Origin: Tubulanus polymorphus
Lineage: Eukaryota; Animalia; Nemertea
DNA: 64,000 bases
Direction of reading: 5' to 3'
Assembly: GCF_964204645.1 (NCBI RefSeq)
Contig: NC_134032.1
Span: 1,302,001-1,366,000 of the forward strand
Shown: piece after piece, positions 12,601-26,500 of the stretch
Layout of the letters: every line of letters begins with the position of its first letter
How positions within the stretch are numbered: the stretch's first letter is position 1
The notes under the pieces: generated by a model
What the model saw: the letters and a program-made list of their open reading frames with translations, nothing else
What the model was told of the DNA's origin: nothing
The model's database searches: none
Made by a program: the position numbers and the translations under genes

Positions 12601-14525
12601 ACAGTATCCGGTATTTTATACATTGTAGGCATTAGTTCCACAGTATCCGGTATTTTATACATTGTAGGCATTAGTTCCACAGTATCCGGTATTTTATACA
12701 TTGTAGGCATTAGTTCGGCAGTATCCGGTATTTTATACATTGTAGGCATTAGTTCCACAGTATCCGGTATTTTATACATTGTAGGCATTAGTTCCACAGT
12801 ATCCGGTATTTTATACATTGTAGGCATTAGTTCCGCAGTATCCGGTATTTTATACATTGTAGGCATTAGTTCCGCAGTATCCGGTATTTTATACATTGTA
12901 GGCATTAGTTCCGCAGTATCCGGTATTTTATACATTGTAGGCATTAGTTCCGCAGTATCCGGTATTTTATACATTGTAGGCATTAGTTCCACAGTATCCG
13001 GTATTTTATACATTGTAGGCATTAGTTCCGCAGTATCCGGTATTTTATACATTGTAGGCATTAGTTCCGCAGTATCCGGTACTTTATACATTGTAGGCAT
13101 TAGTTCCGCAGTATCCGGTATTTTATACATTGTAGGCATTAGTTCCACAGTATCACGCCTGGAGAGAAGGAAATCTTCCTGGTAATTCCAAATGTATTGT
13201 ATGTAAGAAAACGTGTTGGTCATCAGAATGTCTGGCTGGATTCAGATGTGAATGGTGCGGTGTAACGGTATGTATAAATCCCCCTCTCCTCACCCCCCTC
13301 ACCTCCCTCCCCTCATCCCCCTCACCCCCTCAGTCTCTGATCTCTGATATTTTGTATATTTCTAGTCACATGCTGGCTGCTATAAATCCCCCTCCCCTCC
13401 CTCCCCTCATCCCCCTCACCCCTCACCCCCTCAGTCTCTGATCTCTGATATTTTGTATATTTCTAGTCACATGCTGGCTGCTATAAATCCCCCTCACCTC
13501 CCTCCCCTCATCCCCCTCACCCCTCACCCCCTCAGTCTCTGATCTCTGATATTTTATATATTTCTAGTCACATGCTGGCTGCTATAAATCCCCCTCCCCT
13601 CACCCCTCACCCCCTCATCCCCCCTCACCCCCTCAGTCTCTGATCTCTGATATTTTATATATTTCTAGTCACATGCTGGCTGCTATAAATCCCCCTCACC
13701 TCCCTCCCCTCACCCCTCACCCCCTCAGTCTCTGATCTCTGATATTTTGTATATTTCTAGTCACATGCTGGCTGCTATAAATCGTTACCCGTTGAATGTA
13801 ATTTCGGCGTATTACGTGATATAATGTTATCCCCGAGTGCCGTTTCGTTACCTCGAATGGAACTAGGGATGGATCTATTTATGGGTGTTCAACAAAATAC
13901 AACAGGTTCGTGCATCGTCGTTCCCCCTATGACATCACCGGTTCCGTACGATGTGTTTCATTCATCCCCCCCTATGACATCGTCGATTGCAGGTCTTCCC
14001 GGAAGGACTGTGTCGGACGAGTGGCCCTCTAGTGGCGATAGTAAAAATGAAGAAGAACCGGAGAAAAAATCCCCGAAAGAGAAAGAGGGAAAAGACAAAG
14101 ACAAAGATCGCGATGAAGGTATTTATTCCGATCCGACCAATCACGTCGTTTATTGTAGATTATATAACGACCATTCCGATTGGTTGCGGTTATATCGCCG
14201 TTATATCAAAATCCATCTTAAACATGTCTCGATTTTTTGTGCTATTTCTAAGAATATAAGAAACTTATCTGTATATGTTTATATATAAAACACCCTCTCA
14301 TCAATCAGGGGAGCCACTTGCCAGCTGGGGGGGGGGGGAGAAGGGTCAATGTTAGGGTGGTCTTTGAAGATTTCATCAGGGCTGATTTTGTTTATTGACT
14401 TGACCGGTTTAATCAGTTCTAGCATTCTCTGTCAATTCGTGCGTTTCGATTGGTCACTCCTACGTAGATATAGACCAATCAGAGACGAGCGATGTGAAGG
14501 TCAAGTGGCTGCCTTGTTTGAAGCG

Positions 14526-14556
<31 letters not shown>

Positions 14557-17500
14557 ATACGAACCCGTCGATCCCCCGCGGACACCTGTGGATCATGGTT
14601 CCCACAGAACGCGGAAATTGGGAAAAACTTTGGAATTTTGAAATGATAATTCCCAGTTTGGAAATATTTGGGAATATTCAAAATTTTCTTCAAATCGAGG
14701 AAATAATTGGGAAATTCATTTACGGGAACTTTCTTAACCCTTTCAGTGCTGACTAATTAATACCCTTTAGTGCTGAAGATAATTTGAAAAATTTTAAGAA
14801 ATTCCACCCTAGTGTGTTGAATAACGGGAACACCACCATAGTACGTCTACACCGCGGCGCGGTGTATCGTTAGTTACTAATATTTCACTATGTTTGACAG
14901 GTGCTGCCATCTTTCAATAGAGATAAAAACTAATTAAATCAATACACCACAGTGCGGTGTACTAGCAAAATATATCACTGATATATACACCGCACTGCGG
15001 TGAAGACGCACTGAAAGGGTTAAGCGATTTCCCTTGAAAATCACCTTTATCAACCGGTCGCCGCTGAAATGTTGACCGTAGCATGGCGATATGTGTTCGT
15101 TTCCATTGGGGAAAATTGAAATATCACCCATAAAATAATTGGGAAAAAACCCGGGAATTATTAATTCATGTAACTGTGGGAACCATGTGTCGATGCGTTA
15201 GGCCAGTGCGTTCTTCAATTCAATATTTCCAGACACAAATTTTGAATCGCAAGAGAAATTAGTGCGAGCCGCTGGTGGGCTAGCGACCGGCACCGGCGGC
15301 GCCACCGGGCACAGAATGCATTTATTTCGATGTCATTTGCATAAACGACGGAAAACCGCCGGCTTCACCGCAGGTCAACAACTATTACTACTACTACTAG
15401 TGCTCTGCCATCTATTTCTTTATCCCGTCGATATTTCTCTTTGTTCAGGGATGAAAATCTTCCGACCGTAGACGCATTTCCGACCTTTTCTAACATTTTC
15501 TTTACTCCCGAGACCGGTGTAAATCACCTCAATCGCTTTAATCACCTCGATCGCGGGCGTCACATCGGAGCGCTCCGTAGTTTGGAGTGCTCCTTAAGAC
15601 GGTTTTCGGCGGTTGTTAGCGCAACTGTGGAGTCGGAGAAACCGATATGGCGTCTCATTCAAAAAGCGGCTCTAATTCAGGCCCGAACTATTAACATTTT
15701 GACCAAAAGGAAGTAAGTTTTTTGGCTAAAAGTTACTGATTTTTGTTCCCAAAAAAAATTTTTTTTTTGAAAATATTTTCCGACTTTTTCAATACGGGTC
15801 GTTTTCATCCCTGTTTGTTAGACGGCTATTGATTGTGGTCATCGTCCTCCCTCCTCGCTTGCTAGCGGCTCGCACTTTCACACACGACGGACCCCTATCT
15901 CTCCCTATCGTATCGTCAGGTATTCGGGACCTCGACTCCGACTGCTATTTGATCCCGGGTACGGTCTGCTAATTCGGGTCGGTGAATGAACTGGCCACTG
16001 GCAAGCGAATGTCTCGTTCTGTTATTTTTCGTAAACGACTGTTATTCCGTTTATCGGCCGCGCCTTTCAGTTTCAGTAAATGCTTGCACAGTGGCGCCGC
16101 CACTCTAAATCGGTGGCAGAATTGTGAACTGTAGATTAGGTTAACGAAGAATTACTGGCCGTCGTTATATATATATATATGTATTTCATTCGATTCTATT
16201 GGTTGCTAGTGATTTCTATCGGTTGCTCTGTGTAACAAACGCGTCCGTTGTAGTTCGAATTTTGAATTCAGTTTCGAAGTCGTATGCATGTAACTGGTTT
16301 TTACATCTCCACCAATCAGCATCCGTTAAACCTTAAGTTGCGAGTAAAGGTCCGATTTTGAATTTTTTGCGTTAAAACCGCTATTGAATGCTAATTATTC
16401 ATCATTGTTATACATTATCGCACTACATCATCAATATAGGGTTATTTTTCTCATTCTCATTCTATTTCGTGAATTTTCCTGTCTTATCGATAATGAGCTG
16501 TAACGGTAATTCAGGGTTAATGCGTGAGGTGATGTGTCCTATTCCATCAGCTATCAAAATTGTCCGGGCATTCGAAATGAGATTCTAATCTAATGAATCA
16601 AATTATATCCATTTGAGATTCCTGAAAATGATATATTCATAAATATTCCGCTATCTCGGGACTCGGGGTTCGTCGACCAAAGAACCCGAAAATTAATTTA
16701 CTTCTCGCGAGATTCGGGCATTAGTGGCAAAATCGGACCTTGAGTTGTGCCTGCCACTCGACCGGTTCCGTATATTCCTAATAGATACGCGTTTTTATTT
16801 CTCGCAGATGTACTACGAGTTTACGATGGTAATTTTAGTCTGAAAAAACGCGAATATCGCACGGTGGTCGTTTCGAAGAATGAACCGGTACAGACAGTGT
16901 TGGTACGTATATATATACCCCTACCCTCCTCCCAAAAACGTGAATATCGCGCGGTGGTCGTTTCAAAGAATGAACCGGTACAGACAGTGTTGGTACGTAG
17001 ATATACCCCTACCCTCCTCCCAAAAACGTGAATATCGCGCGGTGGTCGTTTCGAAGAATGAACCGGTACAGACAGTGTTGGTACGTATATATACCCCACC
17101 CTCCTCCCAAAAACGTGAATATCGCACGGTGGTCGTTTCGAAGAACGAACCAGTACAAACCTATATATATCCCAGAAAGTACGAAGGCCAAAATAGCGAC
17201 GGTGTGAAATAAATCTCTAATATGCTCCAGCCGAATGGGGTCCAATGCTAGAACAGACGCCAGGTTTTTTCATGAATCACGTTCCATGTTTACCAGGAAT
17301 CTGATAAGTGAAGAAAGTTTCCATGATACACGCGTTTTGAACAATCCTAAAATGCTTCCTACGTTACGCTGGCGCTCGGCATTTCCGAATGCGTAAATTT
17401 CGAAAGAATTTCTTCGTAACCCTCGAGGCCTTATGGCACTCGTGTCATCGTCAGTATTTGCCATATCGAGTTCGACTCGTCTGAAATTATCACCCTCCAA

Positions 17501-20500
17501 ATTCAGACGACGCTAGGACCCCGAGTAGAACCTGTCACTCGGTGATGCTAACTGTGGTATTTGTTATTGATTTTTCAGGAGGCAGCTCTTAAAACATTCC
17601 GTATCAATAATGATCCTGGTTGTTATTACCTGGCCGAGATTCTAGATAAAGGTAATGTACCACAATGGGGCGCTGTCTCACCGGGTTGAGGTACGCGGGA
17701 TGACCTCCCATCAGGGGGCGTTGTCTCACCGGGTCGAGGTACGAGGGGATGACCTCCCATCAGGGGGCGCTGTCTCACCGGGTCGAGGTACGCGGGGATG
17801 ACCTCCCATCAGGGGGCGCTGTCTCACCGGGTCGAGGTACACAGGATGACCTCCCATCAGGGGGCGCTGTCTCACCGGGTCGAGGTACGCGGGATGACCT
17901 CCCATCAGGGGGCACTGTCTCACCGGGTCGAGGGGATGACCTCCCATCAGGGGGCGCTGTCTAACATTGTTGTTGTTGTTGTGTTTATAGCTGAAGGAAC
18001 TGAGAATATCTTAGACAATGCACTTCCTCTTCGTAAGCAGCTTCAGATCGATGTACGACGGCCGTCCATATTCCTTCGATATCAAGAAAAAGATCCCAAT
18101 AGAGGATTCATTAAAGTATATCCAGGGGCATTGGGGTAAGTAGTCGTTATCCGGTATCCTGTGAGCGGTATCCGGTATCCTGAGAGTATCTGACCCGGTC
18201 GGTTTAGTTATTTGTTTTTTATTTCTATGTCGTTGCAGCAACTCACACCGTATAAAAATCACTTGTAAATTCATTCCTGTCTCTAAGGATACAATAGCAC
18301 AAGATTCAGTTCATCTTGCTATCAGACGATTTGGGATTGATGTAAGTATAATCCTACTACTACACTGTTTCCCTCTACTGGGCCTCCCCCTCTACTGAGC
18401 CTCCCCCTCGACTGGGCCTCCTCCTCTACTGAGCCTCCCCCTCTACTGGGCATCCCCCCTACTGAGCCTCGCCCTCGACTGGGCCTCCCCCTCTACTGAG
18501 CCTCCCCCTCTACTGGGCCTCCTCCTCTACTGGGCCTCCCCCTCTACTGAGCCTCCCCCTCGACTGGGCCTCGCCCTCTACTGGGCATCCCCCTCTACTG
18601 AGCCTCCCCCTCGACTGGGCCTCCCCCTCTACTGGGCCTCCCCCTCTACTGAGCCTCCCCCTCTACTGGGCCTCCTCCTCTACTGGGCCTCGCCCTCTAC
18701 TGAGCCTCGCCCTCTACTGAGCCTCCCCCTCGACTGGGCCTCGCCCTCTACTGAGCCTCGCCCTCTACTGAGCCTCCCCCTCTACCTGACTCGCCCTCTA
18801 CTGGGCCTCCCCCTCTACTGAGCCTCCCCCTCGACTGGGCCTCCCCCTCTACCTGACTCGCCCTCTACTGGACTGTTCCCTCTACCGGGCCGCTCCCTCT
18901 ACTGAGTCTCGCCCTCTACCTGACTCGCCCTCTACTGGGCTGTTCTCTCTACCGGGCCGCTCCATCTACTGAGCCTCGCCCTCCTCCTGACTCGCCCTCT
19001 ACTGGGCTATTCCCTCTACCGGGCCGCTCCCTCTACTGGGCTTCGCCCTCCTCCTGACTCGCCCTCTACTGGACTGTTCTCTCTACCGGGCCGCTCCATC
19101 TACTGAGCCTCGCCCTCCTCCTGACTCGCCCTCTACTGGGCTGTTCCCTCGACTGGGCCTCCAGTTGTTCGGACACAAGATTGCCGTAGGTCGCCGGCTG
19201 TCTCCGGTCATTTTGTACGCAATCGGTGGCCATCTTTGTCCCATCGTTCCTCGTCCATAGGTGGAAAAAGATTTCGTGCGTTTACCCACTTTAAATTCCA
19301 CTGAGGAGTTAGATATTGAAGTATGAACGATAAGTATGCATCTAAAGTCGCCGCAATCAATTGAGAATCGGTAGCTCATTTCATATTCTATGGTTGAGAT
19401 GAGTTTCGAGGTAATTGGTTTCCTGTATTAGTTCGCCATGATAAATGAAATTATCAGATTGTCGAGCATTTCTGACCGATAATTCCCAAGCGGGCGTGGT
19501 CTCCTTGGACCCCTTGATTATTTGGAGTCGAATGGATATAGTTCACAGACATTTCATTAAAAAAAAACTGTCCGGGGGGGGGGGGGATTAGGTACTAATT
19601 GTTGTGTTTTGAATGATTATTATTGTACTGCTGCTGCTGCTGCTGTTGGTGTGTCAATAGATATAAACCTCGTTTATTGATGTTGTCATCATCCAGTAGA
19701 CCGACTAAGAACCTAGACGCTCACCCTAACAATGACTAGACTACATGATTCGGTTCAATATTCCGTAGTTGATTGTATTTGATTTATACCGGTAGTGATA
19801 GAAGTCATTCACAGGTGGCGCTACTACTACACATTCGAATTCGTGGAAAGTTTAAATTTCGCCCTGATTTATTGTTATCGTGCGTTTCGTTATCACCACT
19901 TAAGATTAACCCTTTCAACCCTATCCGATAGGACAGCTGGGGAGCTGTATGCTGATAAAAATCCCCCTCGGGTTTTACGGGGGATTTTCAATCGTCGATT
20001 ATTATTATTTAAGGATTTGAAGATTTTAAATCATCGAAAAAACAGAAATTATCGAAATTCGTCAAAATTGCGACCGCCTTACGCGGCGTCGCGTGCATAG
20101 ATTTTGAGGGGTATCGTTTAACCTTTGCCCGTGTGCTGTGTCTCTATGAACTATTTTATATCTTTAGGATGTGGATCCAACTTCGTTTTCATTAGTTCAA
20201 CTTTCACTACGAGATATGTCGGATAAATCCATTCACCTACAGAACTCCAGTGTAAGGATTAATATATCATCTCTCTCATCTTCATTTATTGTTGTCATCT
20301 TCATTTTCATCGTTCTTCTCATTCTCGTGATTACGTAACTGATAAACAACGCCCCTCGGTGTCAGTTTTGAGTAGTTATGTTGTGTCTTCTATATTCTGC
20401 TTTGTTTTCTGTTTGCTGGATTCATGTTTTTTACCGACGTATGAATGACATTATCGGTAGCAGTTATTGCGAGCAGGTGTACATGTACATGTCGGTACAT

Positions 20501-23500
20501 GTACATGTCAGTACATGTATATACATCAGGATAGCCACTAACCCGAAAAACGGGGAAAACTTCGACAAATTTAACCAAAACCCTGGGTCCAGTTTTATTG
20601 ACTGGTATTAACTTGAACCCAGGGGCTAACTCAATTCATTCTCAATTGGGTTAATGCCCGGGCCGGTTGCATAGTCATGGCTTAGACTTAAGACCAGTCT
20701 AAGACCAACTAGTTCTATAACCAATCTAACAACTTAAGACCAGTCTAAGACCAACTTAGTTCTATAGACAATCTAATAGCTTAAGACCAGTTTAAGACCA
20801 ACTTAGTTCTATAGACAATCTAACAACTTACGACCAGTCTCAAGATATAAGACAACTTTTGGACTTAAGACCAGTCTTAAGATATAAAACAACTTTTCGA
20901 CTTAAGACATGACTGTGCAACCGGCCCCAGGGTTAAAGCTAATACCAGTCTATGAACATAATCCACATTACGGACATTAACAACATACATATGTTATTGC
21001 GGAAGATTCCGATTGCCTCGTAATGTCGCCTGCCCCAAACAATATGTAACCAATTTACATGTTGTCATGTACATGTACATGTCATAGGCGTCCCCGGGAA
21101 TTTTCATAGGGGGTTCGAATTAGCATCAATCCAGCATCCATGCACAATGTCTGGTGTTTGGTGGGCCTCCCCCCAAAAAACTTTTTGAAAATTGGAGGCC
21201 AGAGACGTTTTCCAGGCTCTAAATGAATCATTTAGAGTTAAAAGACTAGTCAAATTGGCAAGAAAAATCTTGAATATTGATGACATAGTAACTTGAGAAG
21301 TTAGCTATCTCTAAAAGGGGGGGCTACCCCCGCACCCCTCTTGGGGACGCCCATGCATGTACATGTGCTACGTAGAGAAAGGGGTTTGATAGAGTGCATG
21401 TACTGAACTCGCTGCTTTTTAACGAATGTTAGCTGTTGATGAATGAAATGTTTGTGAACTAACGTCGAATGATTGAATACGTTTACGCAATATTCATCTT
21501 GCTTCGCGCTTCTTTATTTTTCTATCTTTATAATCGATCGTTCAGTCGTAAAGGCGCCTTAGAAAATCTAATTCAGAATTCAAGAATTCAAGAATGGCTT
21601 CCGTGTAATAGTTGAATAGCCGCACTCAAACGTGGAGAATAGATGATACCTATGATACAAACCCACTACGTACAAATTAAGAAGCGACATTTATCAAATT
21701 TGTGCGTCGCGGGTTTTTTATCACAAAATCCTATCTTATGTTTTGATTTCAATAAAATCCTCGAAATCTGTTTTATAAGAAAATTTTAAAAAGGCATTAC
21801 AAGATTCAATCAGCACTGCTTGAAGTTCATACAACGTATTATCTCGATAGGTAGAACACAATATCCGTGTTGACGCGATGAGGAGAGAATCCCACAATGA
21901 TAATAAAAAGTCCGAAAATGAAACTTCGAGATAGTAGTTTATTTCAACGTTTCGACTATATCCTAATAATGTCATTATTCCTGAAGATGACTATTAGGAT
22001 ATAGTCGAAACGTTGAAATAAACTACTATCTCGAAGTTTCATTTTCGGACTTTTTATTATCATTGTGGGATTCTCTCCTCTTCATACAACGTAACTTCAA
22101 TGGATTTGCTTTTACTGGTGAAAACATAGTCTGCTACTTTTGATTAAGATTTGTGGAGGAGCCTGGTTTAAACCGGGTGTAGAATAAATAAAACAAGATG
22201 AATAGTATTTTATAGGTGTGTAACTAGTTTATTTGATGCGCGAGCTTTCGCTAATAATATATATGGTAGCTTCATTAGCTGAATGAGTGAAGTCACTGGA
22301 TAAACAACAGTATTTATAGTCAATCTATTGTCAGTCTGCCTATAAATATTGTTGTTTGTCCAATGACTTTACTCATTCTCCTGATGAAGCTATTGTATAT
22401 TAGAAATGAAATAAACTAGTTACACCTATATATCACTATTCATCTAGTTATATTTACTTAAATTGTGTGTAGATCCATTGATGTTAGTGCTTAAGATATA
22501 GCTGTGGCGCCCCCTATTGATATGGCGAAAAATGAATGATTTTTCAGCCCTAAGATAAGCAATTCCAAGCTACTGAATCCACGAAGACCCTCTGTTAGGG
22601 GGAAGTCACTATGCTGTGAAGTTCCTATGCTCACTAGGGGGCACTGACGTGTATAGGGTGTGTTGAACTCACTAGGAGGCGTTACGGTGGATGTATTTCT
22701 ATTTGACAGGATGTGGAGGCTAATCAGTACTCGTTAGTCGAGATGTTGTTGCTGCGAGGCGTTACAGAACGTACCTTACGATGGGACGAACGACCTTGGA
22801 GCATCATGAAACAAGTTAGAAAGGTTAGTCCTTCCGTCTGACACCGCTATCTCAGCGGATTGTCGTGAAGCCAGTTAGGCCTTTCTTACTGTACAGCGTT
22901 TGGACAACGCAGACATTTCTAATTTATGTCAATACCGACGAATAGGATTCAATGTTATCTAACTGCTTAGTTCGGTAACCTGCTGGGAAGGCCAGCTGGG
23001 GAACTAACGCATATTTATCATAATTTGCGTCGTCATCATATTATAATAACTATTTCCTGAAGAAAAATGGTCAGGTATATATCAATATACATGAATAAAT
23101 GTCTTTAAAATAACATGACTTATATAGAAACTATGATCAGAATAACAGTACCGACAGCTGATATCACCGCTGATGAGCTTTGCAGTAGTTGATGTGAATT
23201 TTGTCCGCGTCAAAGAATTTTTATAATCGAGAATTAAAATGACGCGGCGTTTCGATCTCGCGCTAGAGATAAATCAAAACCACCGGTGACGACACAAACT
23301 GATTCGAATATTTTGTAGGAATCGTTACATCAAAGCGAAATGACGAGGTTCTACCTACGTCAAACCGATGACCCTCATGGACCGAGTATAGCCCTGTTTG
23401 CTGGTAATTTACCGACTGGACTTGCACAAAGACAGTATGAAAAATTACTATTAGATATAGTTGGTAAAGGTACGTGTCGATTGCTGAGTGTTTGGGCCCT

Positions 23501-26500
23501 GTTATATTGCTCTGTGTTGAAGCGTGTCCTGTTCTTGCCGCCATGGACACGTCGCGGTACTAGATTCGATTCCTATCGGACATGGTTTTGATTCGAACAA
23601 TTCAATAAAGATTCATCGCTCCTAAATAACAGATTTCGCTAACTACACCTAAAATATCATCGCTGTTGTACGGAATAAATTCAAAATCGCCTACAAAATT
23701 GAAAAATAGTGGCGCTTACCGGGATAGATGTTATCAAGTTACTGCACCATCTACATTTCATGGTTTCAATTTCATCTTTAGGATGGCAGATATTGCTCGC
23801 TATAATACCCGGCACGGCAGAAAACCTGTTATCGCTGCTTTGCGGCTATATTTATTATTTTTGATTTTCAGAGAATCGTTGGTGCGCTGTAGATGTAATC
23901 TATTACGAATACGGAGCCCTCGTACTTTTATTTGACGATATAGAAAAAACATTACGTGCATTTAACATTCTACGTGAGGCTGTTTTACATGATGGTAAAC
24001 AGCTTACGGCATTAGTCTTACCTAATCTACAGGTTAGTATTATATCCCCCTGCTCCACTCACCTACTCCCTTCTTCATCCCTCCTGATTGACGGTTACAT
24101 TGATTGACAGTAACACTGGTTGACAGAAACACTGGTTGACAGTAAAATTGGTTGACAGTAATGCTGGTTGACAGTAACATTGGTTGATAGTAACATTGAT
24201 TGACAGTAACACTGGTTGACAGTAAAACTGGTTGACAGTAACACTGGTTGACAGTAACACTGGTTAACAGTAACACTGGTTAACAGTAACATTGATTGAC
24301 AGTAACACTGATTGACAGTAACACTGGTTGACATTGACACTGGTTGACAGTAACATTGATTGACAGTAACATTGATTGACGGTAACATTGATTTATAGTA
24401 ACATAGAGTGACAGTAACACTGGTTGACAGTAACATTGATTGACAGTAACACTGGTTGACAGTAACATTGATTGACAGTAACATTGGTTGACAGTAACAT
24501 AGATTGACAGTAACATTGATTTATAGTAACATTGATTGACAGTAACACTGGTTGACAGTAACATTGATTGACAGTAACACTGGTTGACAGTAACATTGAT
24601 TGATAGTAACCATTGACACCGATTCTGTTATATTTTAGCCACATTTGATACCACAGAATATCGTACCCCTATTAGTATTTGTAAACGTGAAATCCGGCGG
24701 ATGTCAAGGTCTCGAACTGATCACGTCATTTAGGAAACTACTCAATCCACATCAGGTGTTCGACTTGAAGTTTGGTGGTCCGCTACCGGGGTAAGGAACG
24801 CTCTCTAGATCTCTCTCAATTAATCAGTGTCGCCAGACTTCTGGAAATCGAAACTTTCGACAAAAAGTCCTGGAAATTTTCCATCATTCTACTTCGTCTT
24901 ATTAACAATTTTTCTTAAGTTGTTTTTGTTTTTATTCACGAGCAATAGTTTACTGCTACACCTATTCATTAGCATAACAAACAATGTAGGTGGCGCCATG
25001 TTACGGGCCGCAAAAGCCGTGGCATGGTGGATGTAATAAGGTGTTGGACTCACAACTGAGAGGTTGAGGGTTCGAATCCTAGTGAAACCATGCTATTCAG
25101 GCGGGACACATATCAGCGCTTGTCGACTCACTGATTTAACAACAAAAGTCCGTACCTGGCAAAAATCTTCAACATGTTGAAGTTGGCGAGTAATAATAGG
25201 TAGAACTAGAACTAGAACTAGAACTAGCCGTTTTTCAGCTTTATGGTACAGGGGCCGGTTCCATAGACAGGGCTTAGACTTAAGAGCGGTCTTAGACAAA
25301 CTTAGTTCTATAGCCAATCTTACAACTTAAGACCAGTCTTAAGGTTTAAGACCACTTTCGGTCTTAAGTCTTGACTATGGAACCGACCCCAGGGAATGAT
25401 CTTGAATTTGATTTCCGGAGATATTATAGCTAGCTGATGGCAACGCTGATCAATCTACGATCTGTTCTTTTCTAATGATTAGTTATCGATGTATTTGTAG
25501 ATTGTACGTTTTCCGGAATGTTCCATTCTATAAGATACTGGTTTGCGGAGGTGATGGAACCGTTGGATGGGCGCTATCCTGTTTAGATAACGTCGGGCAG
25601 GACGCCGAATGCGCGTCTCCGCCTCTCGCGATAGTACCGCTAGGAACTGGTAACGATTTGGCTCGAGTTCTACGTTGGGGGCCGGGGTATAGCGGGGCCG
25701 AAGACCCCCTCAACCTTCTCAGGGATGTCATAGATGCAGATGAAATAAGTCTGGACCGGTAAGTTTGAACCCTATACCGGTCTCTCTAATCCAACCCTCG
25801 CCCTTCCCTGCGCTAGGATCGTCCGTAAAGTTTACGCGCGTATTTTTAGGTGGACTGTGATTTTCCATCCTAATGAGAAGGAAGTCGACGAGATGAAAGT
25901 GAGTTTGCAGAACGAGACGCACACGGCGAACACGACTGAGGACAACGCGTCGATATTCGTCATGAACAATTACTTCGGTCTCGGTATCGATGCCGATCTG
26001 TGTTTGGATTTTCATATGGCTCGCGAGGAGAATCCCGATAAGTTTAACACTAGGTTAGTGCGAACACGGGTCTCCGGCAGACGCCGCATTGACCGACCGA
26101 CCGATGGATGGATGGATGAATGAATTATGAAGGATTTACTGTGAATTTGTGTGGTTTGTTTTGAGTGAGAATGTCTAAGCCTGTATCATCGATTCGTGGC
26201 CTATCTGTATCCGGACGTTTTGAATCAGTTTTAGTGTTACTTTAGCGGATCGAAGTAACCCAGTGTCTTAAATCAAACGTAAAATCTGTCCTAGCGTAAT
26301 TAGCTGCACTGACAAATCATTTTACTGGAATTAGTATTTAGGAGCATTACTTAAGCACGTTATTATGAATTTCTATTGAAATTCTCATTTGTTTTCACTG
26401 TTGTTGGTTTGTCATTGAAATTGGATGGCAATGTTACGGGAAGCAAGTTTCCTAGAGTCTGATTTGTCGTATGTAAAACTGGTACACAATAGGCCTTCGG

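Noticed and set aside
12546-13223. 225-aa minus-strand ORF ([12 protein letters not shown] repeats)
   Set aside because: Antisense reading of the 39-bp acceptor array and DGK exon 4.
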